From: Amphiscolops sp. MND2022
Lineage: Eukaryota
Assembly (NCBI GenBank): GCA_964187785.1
Contig: OZ076409.1
Location: 55,740,001-55,804,000 of the forward strand
Reading direction: 5' to 3'
DNA: 64,000 bases
The notes below the pieces were generated by a model, which had not been told where the DNA came from, searched no databases, and worked only from the letters and a program-made list of their open reading frames with translations. A program made the position numbers and the translations under genes. Shown here piece by piece: positions 1 through 12,192 of this stretch (position 1 is the first letter of the stretch; the number at the start of each line of letters is the position of its first letter).

Positions 1-1
1 A

Positions 2-3000
2 AATTTCCCATTCTTCTCCATGCAATTGAAAACAGCGGATCACAAGTACACCAACGTCATGGAACCCATCTGCGCACGGGGGGATATAACAATTCCCCCC
101 AATGATAGACACATGGTCTCTATGTATTCTCAACTATACGATGACGCGAATGTCACTGGAATTCTTCAACCGAGCAATGACCTTGCAGATGATGGAGATA
201 TAACATTCTGTGCTGCTCTTGTCACTTTGACTCAAGGTCAGCTTACGATCCACGTGAACAACTTCAGTGACCAATCACACACCATCAAAAGAGGTTCACA
301 CATCGCTAATTTCTCCGTCCTCAAGCCAGAACAGTTGAAATACGTCAAACCCATTGACCCAGTGACCACATGGCACCTTTTACAAGATAATCCCGAGAAT
401 GCCGCCTACTATGCCAGCAGTCTCATCAAATCTCCGAAAACTGACGATAGTAGCGAACACTATTGGTTTCCTACTCCGGAAGACCCCGGAGACCCTCAAA
501 CACATACACCAATACAACAACGGATCCTGAAAGAATTACAAAACCTACAGGAATTAGAGAAACTTAACCCTCAAGATGACATTGAGTCCAGAAAACAGTT
601 TCTCGCCAACTTTGATTGGGCAGACTCGACGCTCAACCCAACGGAAATTGCCCAAATTGAAGAACTCCTGGTTGAATTTCATGACATTTTTGCTCGACAC
701 CGCTTCGATATAGGCATGAATGAGGATTTCAAGATCAAACTGACTCCTAAAGATGACTCCCCTGCCTATAGTCAAAGTTTGCCCACACCAATTAACCTCA
801 AAGAAGACATTCTTGTTGAATTAGCACTACTACACCGATATGGGATTATAACAACACTCCCGTTCTCAAAATACGCCAGTCCTATTTTTGCCCAGAAAAA
901 ACCCAATGGCAAGCTGCGACTCTTGGTCGACCTCCGCAAGATCAACAAATTGATTTCTGACGACTACATCAACAATAACCATCCAGTCAGTACGCTAACC
1001 GATGCCGCGCAACACATGGCAGGCAAACGATTATTCTGCAAACTAGACTGTTCTCAAGCATATCACTGCCTCCAGATGGCTGACCAGAGGTCAATTGAGA
1101 TGCTGGCTTTCAACTTCGCCAGCAGAACCTTTGCCTATCGCAGACTTGCGCAAGGTCTGAGTAGGGCCCTGTCAGCCTTCTCGAGCTTTATGCGCGAATA
1201 TTTGGACAAAGTGATCAAAGCAGACCAATGCGCTCAGTATGTTGATGATATTGGGATTGCTGCCAACAACACTACGCAACTTATCAACAACCTTCGGGCA
1301 ACTTTTGAGTGCATTAGGACTGCAGGTCTTAAACTAACGATGCATAAATGCCACTTTGGTGCCAAAGAAATTGACTTCCTGGGACGCACTATCACTCCTG
1401 AAGGAGTGCGGCCACAACGACCCAGAGTCCAAAACTTCCTAGAGAAAACGAAATTCCCAAAGTCCAAAAAAGCACTCCAAAGATACTTGGGCTTCCTGAA
1501 CTATTACCGTAACTACATTCCAAGGCTTCCAGAACAACTGACACCCTTTTTCAAACTACTGAAAAATGATGCAAAGGTCACAGTCACACCTGATCTGTTA
1601 GAACAATTCACCGATATCAACAAAGCTCTTGACCGATGTTGCGAACTTGCACTCAAACAACCTCTGCCCAATAAACAAATAGCATTAATGACTGATGCTA
1701 GTTTCTCGGCAGCAGGTTATGCAGTTCTCATCGAGGACGATCCAATGCAGAAATATAGTTCAACGCGAAAAGCGTTTGCACCAATAGCATATGGATCCAA
1801 GACCTTTAGTCCCGCCCAACTGAAAATGTCCATCTATGCAAAAGAATTCCTAGCGATATTCTTTGCCTTCAAGGAGTTTGGACACATCTTTTGGGGGACC
1901 CCGAAACCGGTGACCATACTAACAGACAACAAATCAGTTACTCGCTTTTTTCAAACTAAAATCATTCCGCCAACTTTGTGGAATGCGTGTGACTACGTTA
2001 TCCAGTTCAATTTCACAATTGCCCATATACCAGGCAAAAACAACACCGCAGCCGACTACTTGTCACGATTAGAAATCTGCCCTAAAGAGAAACTCATACT
2101 CCGTATACGGGAGGATATATCGACAACACCTATCGAACTCAACGTCCAGTCGGCTGGAGTAATCGAAGAAGACCAGATATTCCTTACAGACGAAGATGAG
2201 GAAACTGAAGAGCAAATATGGCAACGGAAAAAGGACGCTAGGTCCCACCCGACGAACCAAGTACCTGATATTTCCTTTGAGAAACTCAGTGTACACCAAG
2301 GCATTTCTTCCCAACAGATAACATCACAAAGACTATTAAACAGAACCACCTTGGCTATTGAACAGCAAAACGACGTAATATTACACCATCTACGCCTTAA
2401 ACTACAGAAAGAAGACTATTCGGAAACGATTCTACAACAGGATCCACGTTACCGGCATTACTGCAGTCAAATCGACCGTCTGTCCGTACAGGACGACATT
2501 GTCATTCGAGACTACTATGACGAAACAGGCAATGTACAATATCGACAGGCACTTTTACCCAAACACCTAGTGTCTGAATTACTCCAATCATTACACGGAT
2601 CGGCGAACAAACATCCAGGAATCTCCAAGATGCTCTACGAAATCCGCCAAAAATATTACTATCCTGGAATTGCAAAAATCGTCAAAAAATGGGTCCTAGG
2701 ATGCGAAACATGCATAAAAGACAAAAGAACCACAAATCCATCAATAACGCCGTAACTACTCAATTTACCCGAATGGGATCTTGGTCCTGAGGATGCCTTA
2801 CAGATTGATCTCTTACCTAATCTTCCCCCGAGTGGAGGATATGAAAACATCATTACTGCACTTGACGTATTCTCCAGATACTTATTTGCCTATCCAGTCA
2901 CCGACGCATCAGCCTCTAGTACCGCAAAAGTGATTATCGACATCATGACGAGACATGCCTACCTTCCGACGACCTTAATTACTGACAAAGGCACGGCATT

Positions 3001-4237
3001 TACATCACGTCTAGTCGACGAGGTGGCAAAAATATTGGGAATTCAGATCAAATGTGCAACAACGAAGCATCCGCAGACGATAGGTAAATTAGAGAGAACT
3101 CACGCCAGCCTCAAGTGTAACCTCAAGATGGCTTCGGGCGAATATCGGCGCCAATGGCATAAGTATCTACCATTGGCCGTCCTCAACTACAATACCACCT
3201 ATCATTCAAGCATCGGATGCGAACCTTCCAGGATTTTTCACGGAAGGATACCATATAATATCTTAGACCATCGGTTAGGACTAAATCCAAACCCAAAGAT
3301 CCTACCTACAACAGATTTTGCCGAAGAATTACAAAGGCGTACTCAAATTCTCATTGACAGGACGAAGAAAAATATTATGCAATCGTACTCAAAATATAAA
3401 GAATATTATGACCGCAAAGCGAAAGCAGCTCCGTTACACCAGGGTGATTACTGCTTTATACTTCAGCCGCTAGCGGACCACCAAGGGTCAAAAATCCCGT
3501 TCCGAGAATTCCTGTGGACTGGACCCTATATCATCGGAAAAGTTTTGCCAAATGAAAACTACATCGTCAGAAAACTCAATTCTAATAAAACACAAATCTT
3601 ACACCGTATTAGATTACGAAAATATACTCCCAATACAGACATACGTGATGTCCGTCCAGAGGGAAATTTACAGGCCGACGATGAAATTATTATACCACAG
3701 GATGATCTTTACATTATTTCTTGGGAGACTGAATTTGATGATTTCCCACTGAATTCCGATTTCAAAAATGCTTCCGACGATCCTTCAAGGAATTCTGATC
3801 AACGGGACGCCATAATTACCGATTTAGACCCTCGGTCTACGAGACACGACCGAAATACTGATGACGCAGCTACTGAGCAGCGCAGAGACCAACTCGACGA
3901 ATTGGACCCTCGGTCCACTAGACTGCAACAAGATACTAACTCAGAGGAGTCTGAGCAACTACCTGGGCAATCAACTGAAATTGCGTCCGAGACCGACCTT
4001 GAGTCAACCGGACAGCAATCAAATACTGATTCAGAACCTGATACACCCACCTCCAGGGGCCCCTCAGAGGCGGGAAACCCTGATTTTTCAAATCCTAGAG
4101 GGAGGGATATAATCGTGCCCGATTTATCAGATAGAGAAACAGACGATTCAGTTGTAGAGAATGAAAGTCCTCGGGGAGGAAAATACAATCTACGCCCTAA
4201 CCCTACCCCCAACTTTACTGATGAATATAGATACTAG
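2..4237 (+). pseudogene. pol: Gypsy Pol polyprotein (dUTPase-like linker, RT, RNase H, integrase with GPY/F motif) with one in-frame TAA at 2753-2755
   Basis: Frame is open from the window start. RT: LRLLVDLRKIN, LDCSQAY, YVDD. RNase H: TDAS, KEFLAI, TDNKS, NTAADYLSR. Integrase zinc finger H..HPG..CETC. ORFs 20-2755 and 2930-4237 are in the same frame, and read-through gives ITP*LLNLPEWDLGPEDALQIDLL..DVFSRY..TDKG..LERTH (DDE) and WTGPY. Confidence 0.93.
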
Positions 4238-4600
4238 TCAGGAAAATTGAATTATTTGCCCCGTTATTTCTTCTTTAACAAATATCTTTTTTCTTGGGGC
4301 TCGAACTGATTTAACAGCAGAATAAAATTCAGTGCCAAAACGACACAAACAGACGACCAATAATACAGAAATACAATCCAACAGCCATAAATAAAACAAC
4401 AAAGAAGAAAATGAACAAATGTACAGTCTAGAAACAGATGCACATAAATACAATTAAAATTTAGAACTGGTTGCAGACAAGAGGTTTTCAGCTGATTGGC
4501 TTAATTCGCTCCGGGTCAATAAGTGGCTCATCTTTTTAGATACTTTGGACTTCTTATACTCAGCAGACTTAGTAACATTAGAGGTTTTGGACGAAGGATC

Positions 4601-7600
4601 TTAATTTCGATTGCGCTGGCAGGTTCCATCGGGATCCAACCGCTCAAGGATTTCGGCACGAGCAAAGAAATCTACACTGTCCCAGGGGCTATAAATATCT
4701 GACGTCCCAACTCCAACGAAAGTAGGCTCCAATTGCAAGAAAGCAGCAACGGACTGATCGGAACTGACAGCTTCCACGCTATAAGGCACGTTTTGGAAAT
4801 AAGATTGCACAGGTAACACCACGTCTACAAAACCACTTGTGGGATCGTCAGAATCAACTGAACCGAACTTGACTGCAGGTAGGGTCTGGAAAGGCTCGTC
4901 GAGACGCAAACAAGCCCAGCGGAAAAGCTTGAGTAGCAACGGGCGACTCAGGAGGGTAGCTTGCTCGATCAGGAAAGCAACGGTATCCCGGATGAAAAGA
5001 GTAGGTTGACATAATTCTGGATACCTGCGTCGGAGATCATCAACAAACGACGCATACTCCTCTTGACATTCAATTTCTTGTTCCAATGAAAAGTGCCCCC
5101 GGAGTCGGAAGCTGGTGAACAGCTGAGAAAAGCAGTACATTGCGTGCGGTAGAGGTTCATGCAACAGCGTATCCAGATCAAAACTACCTAGGCCTTTCAT
5201 TAGATCAGTAGTAAGTGTCTTCTGGTTTCGGACGGAACTGAACAGGTGAGAAACGTAACTCCTGGCAGATCTCCCGAAATCGTCCCTGTTCTTATTTGCC
5301 AATGCATCAAGTGGCATCCCCTGGTCCTTTTTGTCTCGGATGTCTTTTTCTGCCATGGCCCTGCAAGCGACCCGAAGTCGAGAACCCAATTTGATCCGGG
5401 AGATGAACTCGGAGACTGTGAGAGCGGTTACGCTCTTGATATCCAAATTCAAGATAGCAGTCCAATTTTGTTCGTCTGGTAAATCTACAGGGTTGGAACA
5501 TCTTCGAGCGAGCTTGAACAAATATTGGCACAATTGCCGGTACAAGTAAAAGTTGCGGTCCTTGCGTCCACTAAGGCTGATGGCGAAACTCTTTGCATCT
5601 AAACATCACAAGCCACTTACTAACGTAGTCAACCAGACGCGAAATATACAAACAAAATTACTAAAATGCACTCTATGAGAGGATATTTCAGAAAACCGAA
5701 GATTGTAGTTAAAAAACTTCTCCTAGCACAATAAGAAACAACATTTACTAACAATCCCGGGCAAGAATCTGGAAAAGTTCGAGTTTGGTAGTGAACAGGT
5801 CGTCATACACAATGGACCACTCCAAACCTTGTGGCTGAAAGGAATAAAACCTGGTATCTAAAAGTGAACATAGGCGAACCTTCAATACGAAAGACACAAG
5901 GTAATTACCTGATTCTTCACTCCTTGCATCTCTTGAGTAACTGTAGCTGATCCCAAATATTCTAAGACTGCATCCCAGTTAGATAACAATTCCTGACACA
6001 TCACGTGAAGCTTAGCGTAGTCAAGTTTACAACTACGGATGGCCTAAAAACAAGACGAATGGTCAGAGAGGAAATCTATAATATGACCGGACAGCAGGTC
6101 AAAAGAACATCTCCAACCTTTGAAAGTTCGGGCGCGAGGCTGAGACTGCCTCCTAGGAAGACCACAAGGTACTGCAGCACTGACACAAAGTTGATCCTCC
6201 CGAAGACACAATTGTTGCGCTTGTGCATTAACTTCTGGAGAGACAACTCCTCAAACCTTTGGGGGCTCTGGATCGCTCGGGGAAACAAAGAGCTTTTGTC
6301 CAACAATTGTACCAGCTCTAGTGAACATCCACTGCAGCAAACAAGAGTAGGGCTCGTCGAAATTGCAGCTAGCAGCCCACTCAGTAAATTGAGCTCTGCA
6401 GAACAACGTCCTAGCACACGTCCAGTCCGTTTGAGAAGGACCCTGCAGAGCTGCTTGTCCCTCCAGAAACGAAGGTGTAGGAAGAGAAACACACCCTTGA
6501 CCTCAAATTCAACAGCGTAATAGCCGTTAGAGACGACGTGATGTCCAATGTCTTCCAGCATTTGCACAAAGATGTGGTGGAAAAGCACCTAAAATGAAGA
6601 AAAATTTCAACTCAACCACCTAAAAGGAGGTATCCTGACGCTCAAGGAAGTCTCGAACCCTAGATTTATCTGGTAGGCTAACGTAGATTAAGGAGACTAG
6701 GTTTTATCATAGTAAAACTACTAACAGAAAGTCTCTCTTTGCCCCAATTGAAGTCAGAGAAGAGGGCTTGGTAATTCACAACAACGCCCACATCCTTCCA
6801 AAGCCTCCTGAGCAATCCAAGGTCACCGATTGAGGGTAAGAAGTGCCCGAGGACGGATATCTGGACTCGAACTCTATTATCTGAGGAGGACGTCATGTGC
6901 GTGCTGCCAGCCATAGCCTCGTGATAATAGGGGAGTTTCTCACCGATGTCGATTAGTTCTGCCTTCTTGAAGTGCTCATACTCCCTCCTGAGATCTTTGG
7001 GAGACAATATCAGACCTTTACCGTCTCGAACATGATGGTGGATGACTTTTGTGACCGGGTCTTCAACCGTAAGGTGTTCGTACCGCCACCTCTGGTCCTT
7101 ACGGAGATGACGTTCAGTCGAATGGTGTCTGAGGATTTCTTTAGCGCCGCGTCCATAAATTGAGATGTTCCCCTTACAAATCTGGCAATAGAATTTGTAA
7201 GGGTTCCACTTAGGGTCCATAGGACCGGATACAAATGTTCTTGTCCATGCCATTCCATCTAACATCTCATCTCTGAGAATCCTACTAGACCTTGGTACGG
7301 CTTTACGGGGGTTCTTGGACTTGACCTTTGGTGCAGGTTTCTTTTGCCCTTTTCCTTTTGTCTTGGCTGCTTCCTGCTTCAATTCTGCCAAGGTCTGGTT
7401 TCCAGGGCTTTCGCAGGTGGCAGAATTGGGGGTGGCAACTAGGTCAACACGACTGCTGCCAGCAACTGGAGGACTGGGAATTTGGACAGCGGACAATCGA
7501 CTCGAGAAATGTCCAGGATCAACATCGCTCCAGAACTCTCCCTCACTAGTTGCTCCTCTACTGTTGACGTCACGTCCACTGTCCTCGGCTCCATAAGACG

Positions 7601-8792
7601 TCAAGTCCCCTTCTGACCCAGTGGAACAAGAACGTAGGGATACCGGGCGATGCATTGGTCCTTTACTTCCAGATGGAGAATCACGGAGGCTCAACTGACT
7701 AGCACGTATAACGACGCTGTTAAGCATCTTAAATGATGCTCTTGCCGTCTCATCTGCAACGATTCGTAAAATGTGCCCAATTTGTTCCTGGTTGAGGGCG
7801 ATGGTTGGGTGTCCCTGCGGCAAATTAAATGAGGGGGTTTTCTCAAAATAGGTCCGAATTAATTCTTGACTATTGATAGACAGTGGGGCAGGCCCCCCGG
7901 TGCGATGGATTGCTTCCTCGGGAGAAACATAGCTAGTCTCACTCAGGGCAGGAGCAAAGTTTTTGACTGGAGCAGTAATAGCGTCAGCTAATGTTGACCT
8001 CTTGGGCTGAACGGACTCAGGGTCACTAATGGCCGGGACTTCTACTTCACTGCATGACATGGGTATGTCCTCTCCTGACGTAGCTCGGGACTGTGAATCA
8101 ATGGGGCTGGAAGTGGAGGCTCCGCTGACGACGGGGTGCTCACGTGCAGGGGCAAAGGTAAATTCCATTGGTAGAGCACTAATGTTGACTTTCCTCTTAG
8201 GGTGCTTACTGCCTTGTCCCTGATCGCGTACGCTGGAATGTAGAGGAGGGGTAGCGAGAGAAATCTTCTCCAGTTCTTGTTCATGAATCTCGGTAATTGG
8301 GTCGGCAGGTGGAGCTGTTGAATTCAGTTCTATGGGTTCGCTGATGCTGACATTAGGAGGGGTTGACAGAACGTCAGGCGCATCTTTCTTTCCCTGGGAG
8401 CACATAGCAGCAAATTTCCGAGAACAATAGGCACCCACACTTTCGTCGGAACCACTACTGGCAAACACAGAACCTCCTCGTTTGTAAATTTCTGCCAACA
8501 GGGATATGTTTTCAGCTTCACGCTTGACTTGAGCTACACCTAAACGTTCCGGTGTAGTGACCTCTGGTTCAGGCTGTTTCTGGGGAGAATATTCAGGCTC
8601 GGAAGAGGATAAGGTAATCTCAATCACTTCAATCTCATCTTCAGAGCGGCCACTAGATTGTTCTTCGACGTCTGCATTTTGTTGGCTTGTATCCATCACC
8701 TCTTCGTTTGGCTGAGTTGGTTGGCCGTTTGAATTCTCTCCTAAAAGGAAAGAAATAAATGAGCGCGGTTGACTTCCTGCATAAAAATCCAT
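4601..8792 (-). CDS. Antisense spliced gene inside the retrotransposon; predicted exons 8792-6726, 6588-6118, 6043-5909, 5834-5753, 5598-4601 (~1250 aa); disordered N-terminus, BED-type zinc finger, possible hAT-transposase-derived body
   Basis: Four GT..AG introns (137, 74, 74, 154 nt) with pyrimidine-rich acceptors join three long minus-strand ORFs and two small exons in frame (phases 0,0,0,1; 3753 nt total). Zinc-finger motif FYCQICKGNISIYGRGAKEILRHHSTERH. The N-terminus is uncertain (acceptor-like TTTCCTTTTAG near 8742). The frame stays open for 48 more codons past TAA 4601-4603, to 4454. Confidence 0.75.
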
Positions 8793-10555
8793 CTTGCCGC
8801 AAATTTATGAAAACTTCCGGAAGTAGATTAAACACAATGTTCACGTTCGTGACAGAACATTTCATGATGGAGGAAGTGGCAAAGTTAGAATTAAACCCTG
8901 ATCAAGTTTATTTCTAATGAAATTAAAAGAACCAACCTGATGTCTCATCCATATGGAAAGACAGAATTGATGTGACTCAGTCCTTTACTAATATCCGCTG
9001 GGTATTGAAGAGTAGGATCAGTTACACGATAGTTGACTGTAAGTCAAGTCCGCCCACGTAGGTTAGATCCTCAAAGCTCCCAAGATTATACATTCACTCT
9101 ATGGGAAACAACTGTTTAGCTGCTAAATTGCCTCGGAAATAGTGGATGGCCTTACTCGGAAAGCTGGTACTAAGACCCAAGGTCAGAGAGACTGCATGGG
9201 AATGCTGAAATATTCTATTACAACGCGAGTGATAATACTTGAGGTTGATTACTCAGCAGTTGAAACGATAAAATTTAAATGCAGCAATGGTTTGTGGAAA
9301 GGAAAACTCAAACTGATTGCGATGAGACCCGATACTTTGAAACCCAAGGTCAGAGAGACAGCACTAAATTACGAAGGTAAATCAGTACAGCTCAAGTGAT
9401 GCTACTTGAATATCAAATAATAAGGAGAATGCAATGCAATTGAATTGAAAGATCACAACTAGAATAATGTACGGAATTTTACTGAGTGAATCAAATGAAA
9501 AGATGTCAACTGATACTAAATGTCACGCCAGTTACTAAGACAATCTAATTCTTATGTTTACTTAACCAGACTGCTTCAATATACTAACACGCTGTACCGT
9601 CCAAGTGACGTCATGAACACATTTGGACTGAAAGTACACTAGACAGCACTCCTTTACCAGCATAGTAGCACTTGACTAATTAGACGCAAGGTCCACTTGA
9701 CTGCAATCAAATACCTGCATACTACTATTCACACTTAATAAAGAGTAACTTAATACAATTATGACGTCATCATCACCTTCTTACCTGAAGCGGTGTTAAT
9801 GGCATTATGATACTCCTCAGTACTCACTAGCAATTATGAAACCATCTCCATCCCTTCTCTGAATTTATCCGATATGTACAATTCGTTGCTACTAATTCCT
9901 AACATCAAAGAGTCGTGGCTACATGTAAACTTGCTCAAAGTTATCAATTATCTTGACCAACGTGACAATAAGTCCCGTACCTGCCAGCGGTGTACTTATT
10001 ACAGGTTAATATATTAAAAATTAACAAATCTTCATTTGGTTCAACGCTCCGTGCAATTTCATTCCATAGAATTACAAACCATTTCATGAAATTTAGTCAG
10101 TTCTCTTTACTCAGTAATTTTACTCGATTTCACACATTATTATCATCCACTCATTCAGAAAGCTAATTGGTCAGACCTACTACTGCAGTCGGCCTGACTA
10201 AAGGTCTTTGATGTCAATAGTTTACAGAGAATTAACACTAACACCTCTTATAGCGTCAATGAGGTGTCTTTGAAAAGGAAAGTAAACTCAACTCAAGAGG
10301 CAATTAATAAACTCTTACAGGCCGTAAACTCTAGATTGTTGATGACCATTCACCCAAATTGAAACCTATAAGGAAATAGTTGGGGAAGATGCGGGTAAAT
10401 TTCCCGCTCAAACATTCCCGCGGAAACGGGAGTAGACCTATAGTCAGTCTGACTTTACCTCGTCATTCTTACCCTAAAGTTCTCTCTGAATCGGTCGCAA
10501 AGAAACTCAAATCAAAATTGCTAAAAAACTTCTCATTCAACGTTTCCACAAGGAA

Positions 10556-11380
10556 ATGTCTCTATAATTTTCTTTGGAGGAACACGATAGACCTCTAGTT
10601 AGCCTTTCGTACCTGTCATCCGATGAAGAAATGGAAGTAGACTCAGTGTCAGTTGCAGATGGACCTGACGGTCAAGATTCTGACGACGATATACAAGTTC
10701 TTGCTTGTTATCGTGAAAATATACCCTTCCCTCCACAACTCATCGCAGGTCGGGCAATGACGACAGAGTTAGCACATTGCTTGAACGACCTGAACATACC
10801 AGATGACGACTTAATTGGATCAGCAAGCACTTTTACAGATCCGTCACAAGACTTGCTTGATTGGTGTGTAGGTGGCCCCCCGAGAACTTCTTATGGCTCA
10901 AATGCGAATGACCACCCAATAAGGTATTGTGGCCAGCTAAACCCAATACGGGACTCCCCATGGTCACCTCCGCCAGAAGACCAAGGACCCTCAGTTGACA
11001 CCTACCAGCCTATGCAACCTCACGGTTCAGCAGACTCATGGTTCGGCAATTCACACATCACAGGCCTAGGAATTAGCGTCAGTGGAAGCTGTGGCCAACC
11101 GAATGAGACGACCCAAACTGGTTGTGTGATCTGTGGGAAATCATCTGCCGACATTAAAGAAGAAATAACACTGGGGTACCTTGAACAGACACACATTCCC
11201 GGAGAGACTTATGAGCAGCGGATTGCTAGACGTGATGCATTCCAGGCAGGTATGAAAGCAGGGACGTTCATACTTGTACCGGGGGGAGTGTCGCAAGCTG
11301 CCGCTTGTGACGGCGTCCTATACCAAATGATGCCAGAAGGTAATGAGACACTACCAGCACCCGGGGTACTACCTATCTAA
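10556..11380 (+). CDS. Accessory ORF of unknown function spanning the PPT/3' LTR junction
   Basis: 268-codon open frame 10574-11380 with an acidic N-terminus and a CVIC motif. An in-frame ATG at 10556 is followed by TAA at 10565-10567; the next ATG is at 10631. Codons LVPGGVSQ overlap the PPT and LTR start. Confidence 0.6.
11281..11288 (+). other. Polypurine tract of the large gypsy element
   Basis: GGGGGGAG lies immediately before TGTCGCAAG, the inferred LTR start. Confidence 0.65.
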
Positions 11381-12034
11381 AACAAACTCTGAAACAAACT
11401 TTAGCATTTATTCTGATAGTTTAATATTAGTTTCATACATGTAACGACCGAAGTATTAGCGCTAAACATGTAATTTTTATGCTACTATTTAGACCTAAAG
11501 TCAAACTGACAGCATTCAATCAGTACATTTATTCAATTGCTATTATTGATTTGTTACTATTTAGAATTTCCCATTGATGAAATTACTTACAATTAGTCTG
11601 TACCTAAAGTACATCACTTAGTTAACGATGCAACACTTAGCAAATTAACTCAACTGCTGTTAAACGATGTTTAAAGAGTACTTTAAGACACTTTTCTGAG
11701 CAGTTAATTAACTGGTACTCTACTGCAGTCAAATTGACCTGTGGTCACAAGTACTTGTTGACCAATCAGAGTGAAGCACCAGTCTATCATTGCAGTCATG
11801 CTGACGCATGGTCAAATTTGGAATTTCATTGAGTATTGATGTTACCAATGCATGAAAGGTTGTTTTTAACCTGAATTTGAATACATGTAAAGATACCCAC
11901 TGTTTGTTTGATGCTATTTATATCTCTTCATTTGTGTGACGTAATGTCAAAACCTTCAGTCTATTTTTAGAACTAGTGACCTAATAATGAAACCGGGGCT
12001 ATATTTAGAATGATATCACCCTAAATTCAGTTCC

Positions 12035-12078
12035 TGACACGCAAAATACTGCGTGTCATGCAGTATAAACTATATATA
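12035..12078 (+). promoter_or_regulatory. Putative LTR core promoter: 9-bp inverted repeat followed by TATA-like boxes
   Basis: TGACACGCA-N6-TGCGTGTCA (12035-12058) then TATAAACTATATATA. ACTGCG(A)GTGTCATGC plus TATATAAA is conserved in the solo LTR at ~40036-40068, upstream of the homologous ORF. Confidence 0.5.
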
Positions 12079-12192
12079 CGCGGAATTTGTAAGAAAAGGA
12101 TTCATTCATTGATTGAGAACGCTACGATACAAAACCGTTCAATTTGTTACTGTTGATTAATTCACCGTTGAAATCAAACCCATTTCTTGAAA

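Noticed and set aside
5858..5860. Alternative acceptor (TTTTAG ending 5858) for intron 3 of the antisense gene
   Set aside because: It puts exon 4 in a frame that does not join exon 5 at the 5752 donor. The acceptor at 5835 keeps the frame.
6005..6520. 171-aa plus-strand ORF and other short ORFs overlapping pol, the antisense gene, PHM and GME
   Set aside because: Shadow frames of better-supported coding sequence on the other strand or frame, with no motifs.
4601..8792. env gene
   Set aside because: Antisense orientation, no signal peptide or transmembrane anchor, and a nuclear-type zinc finger with basic patches.
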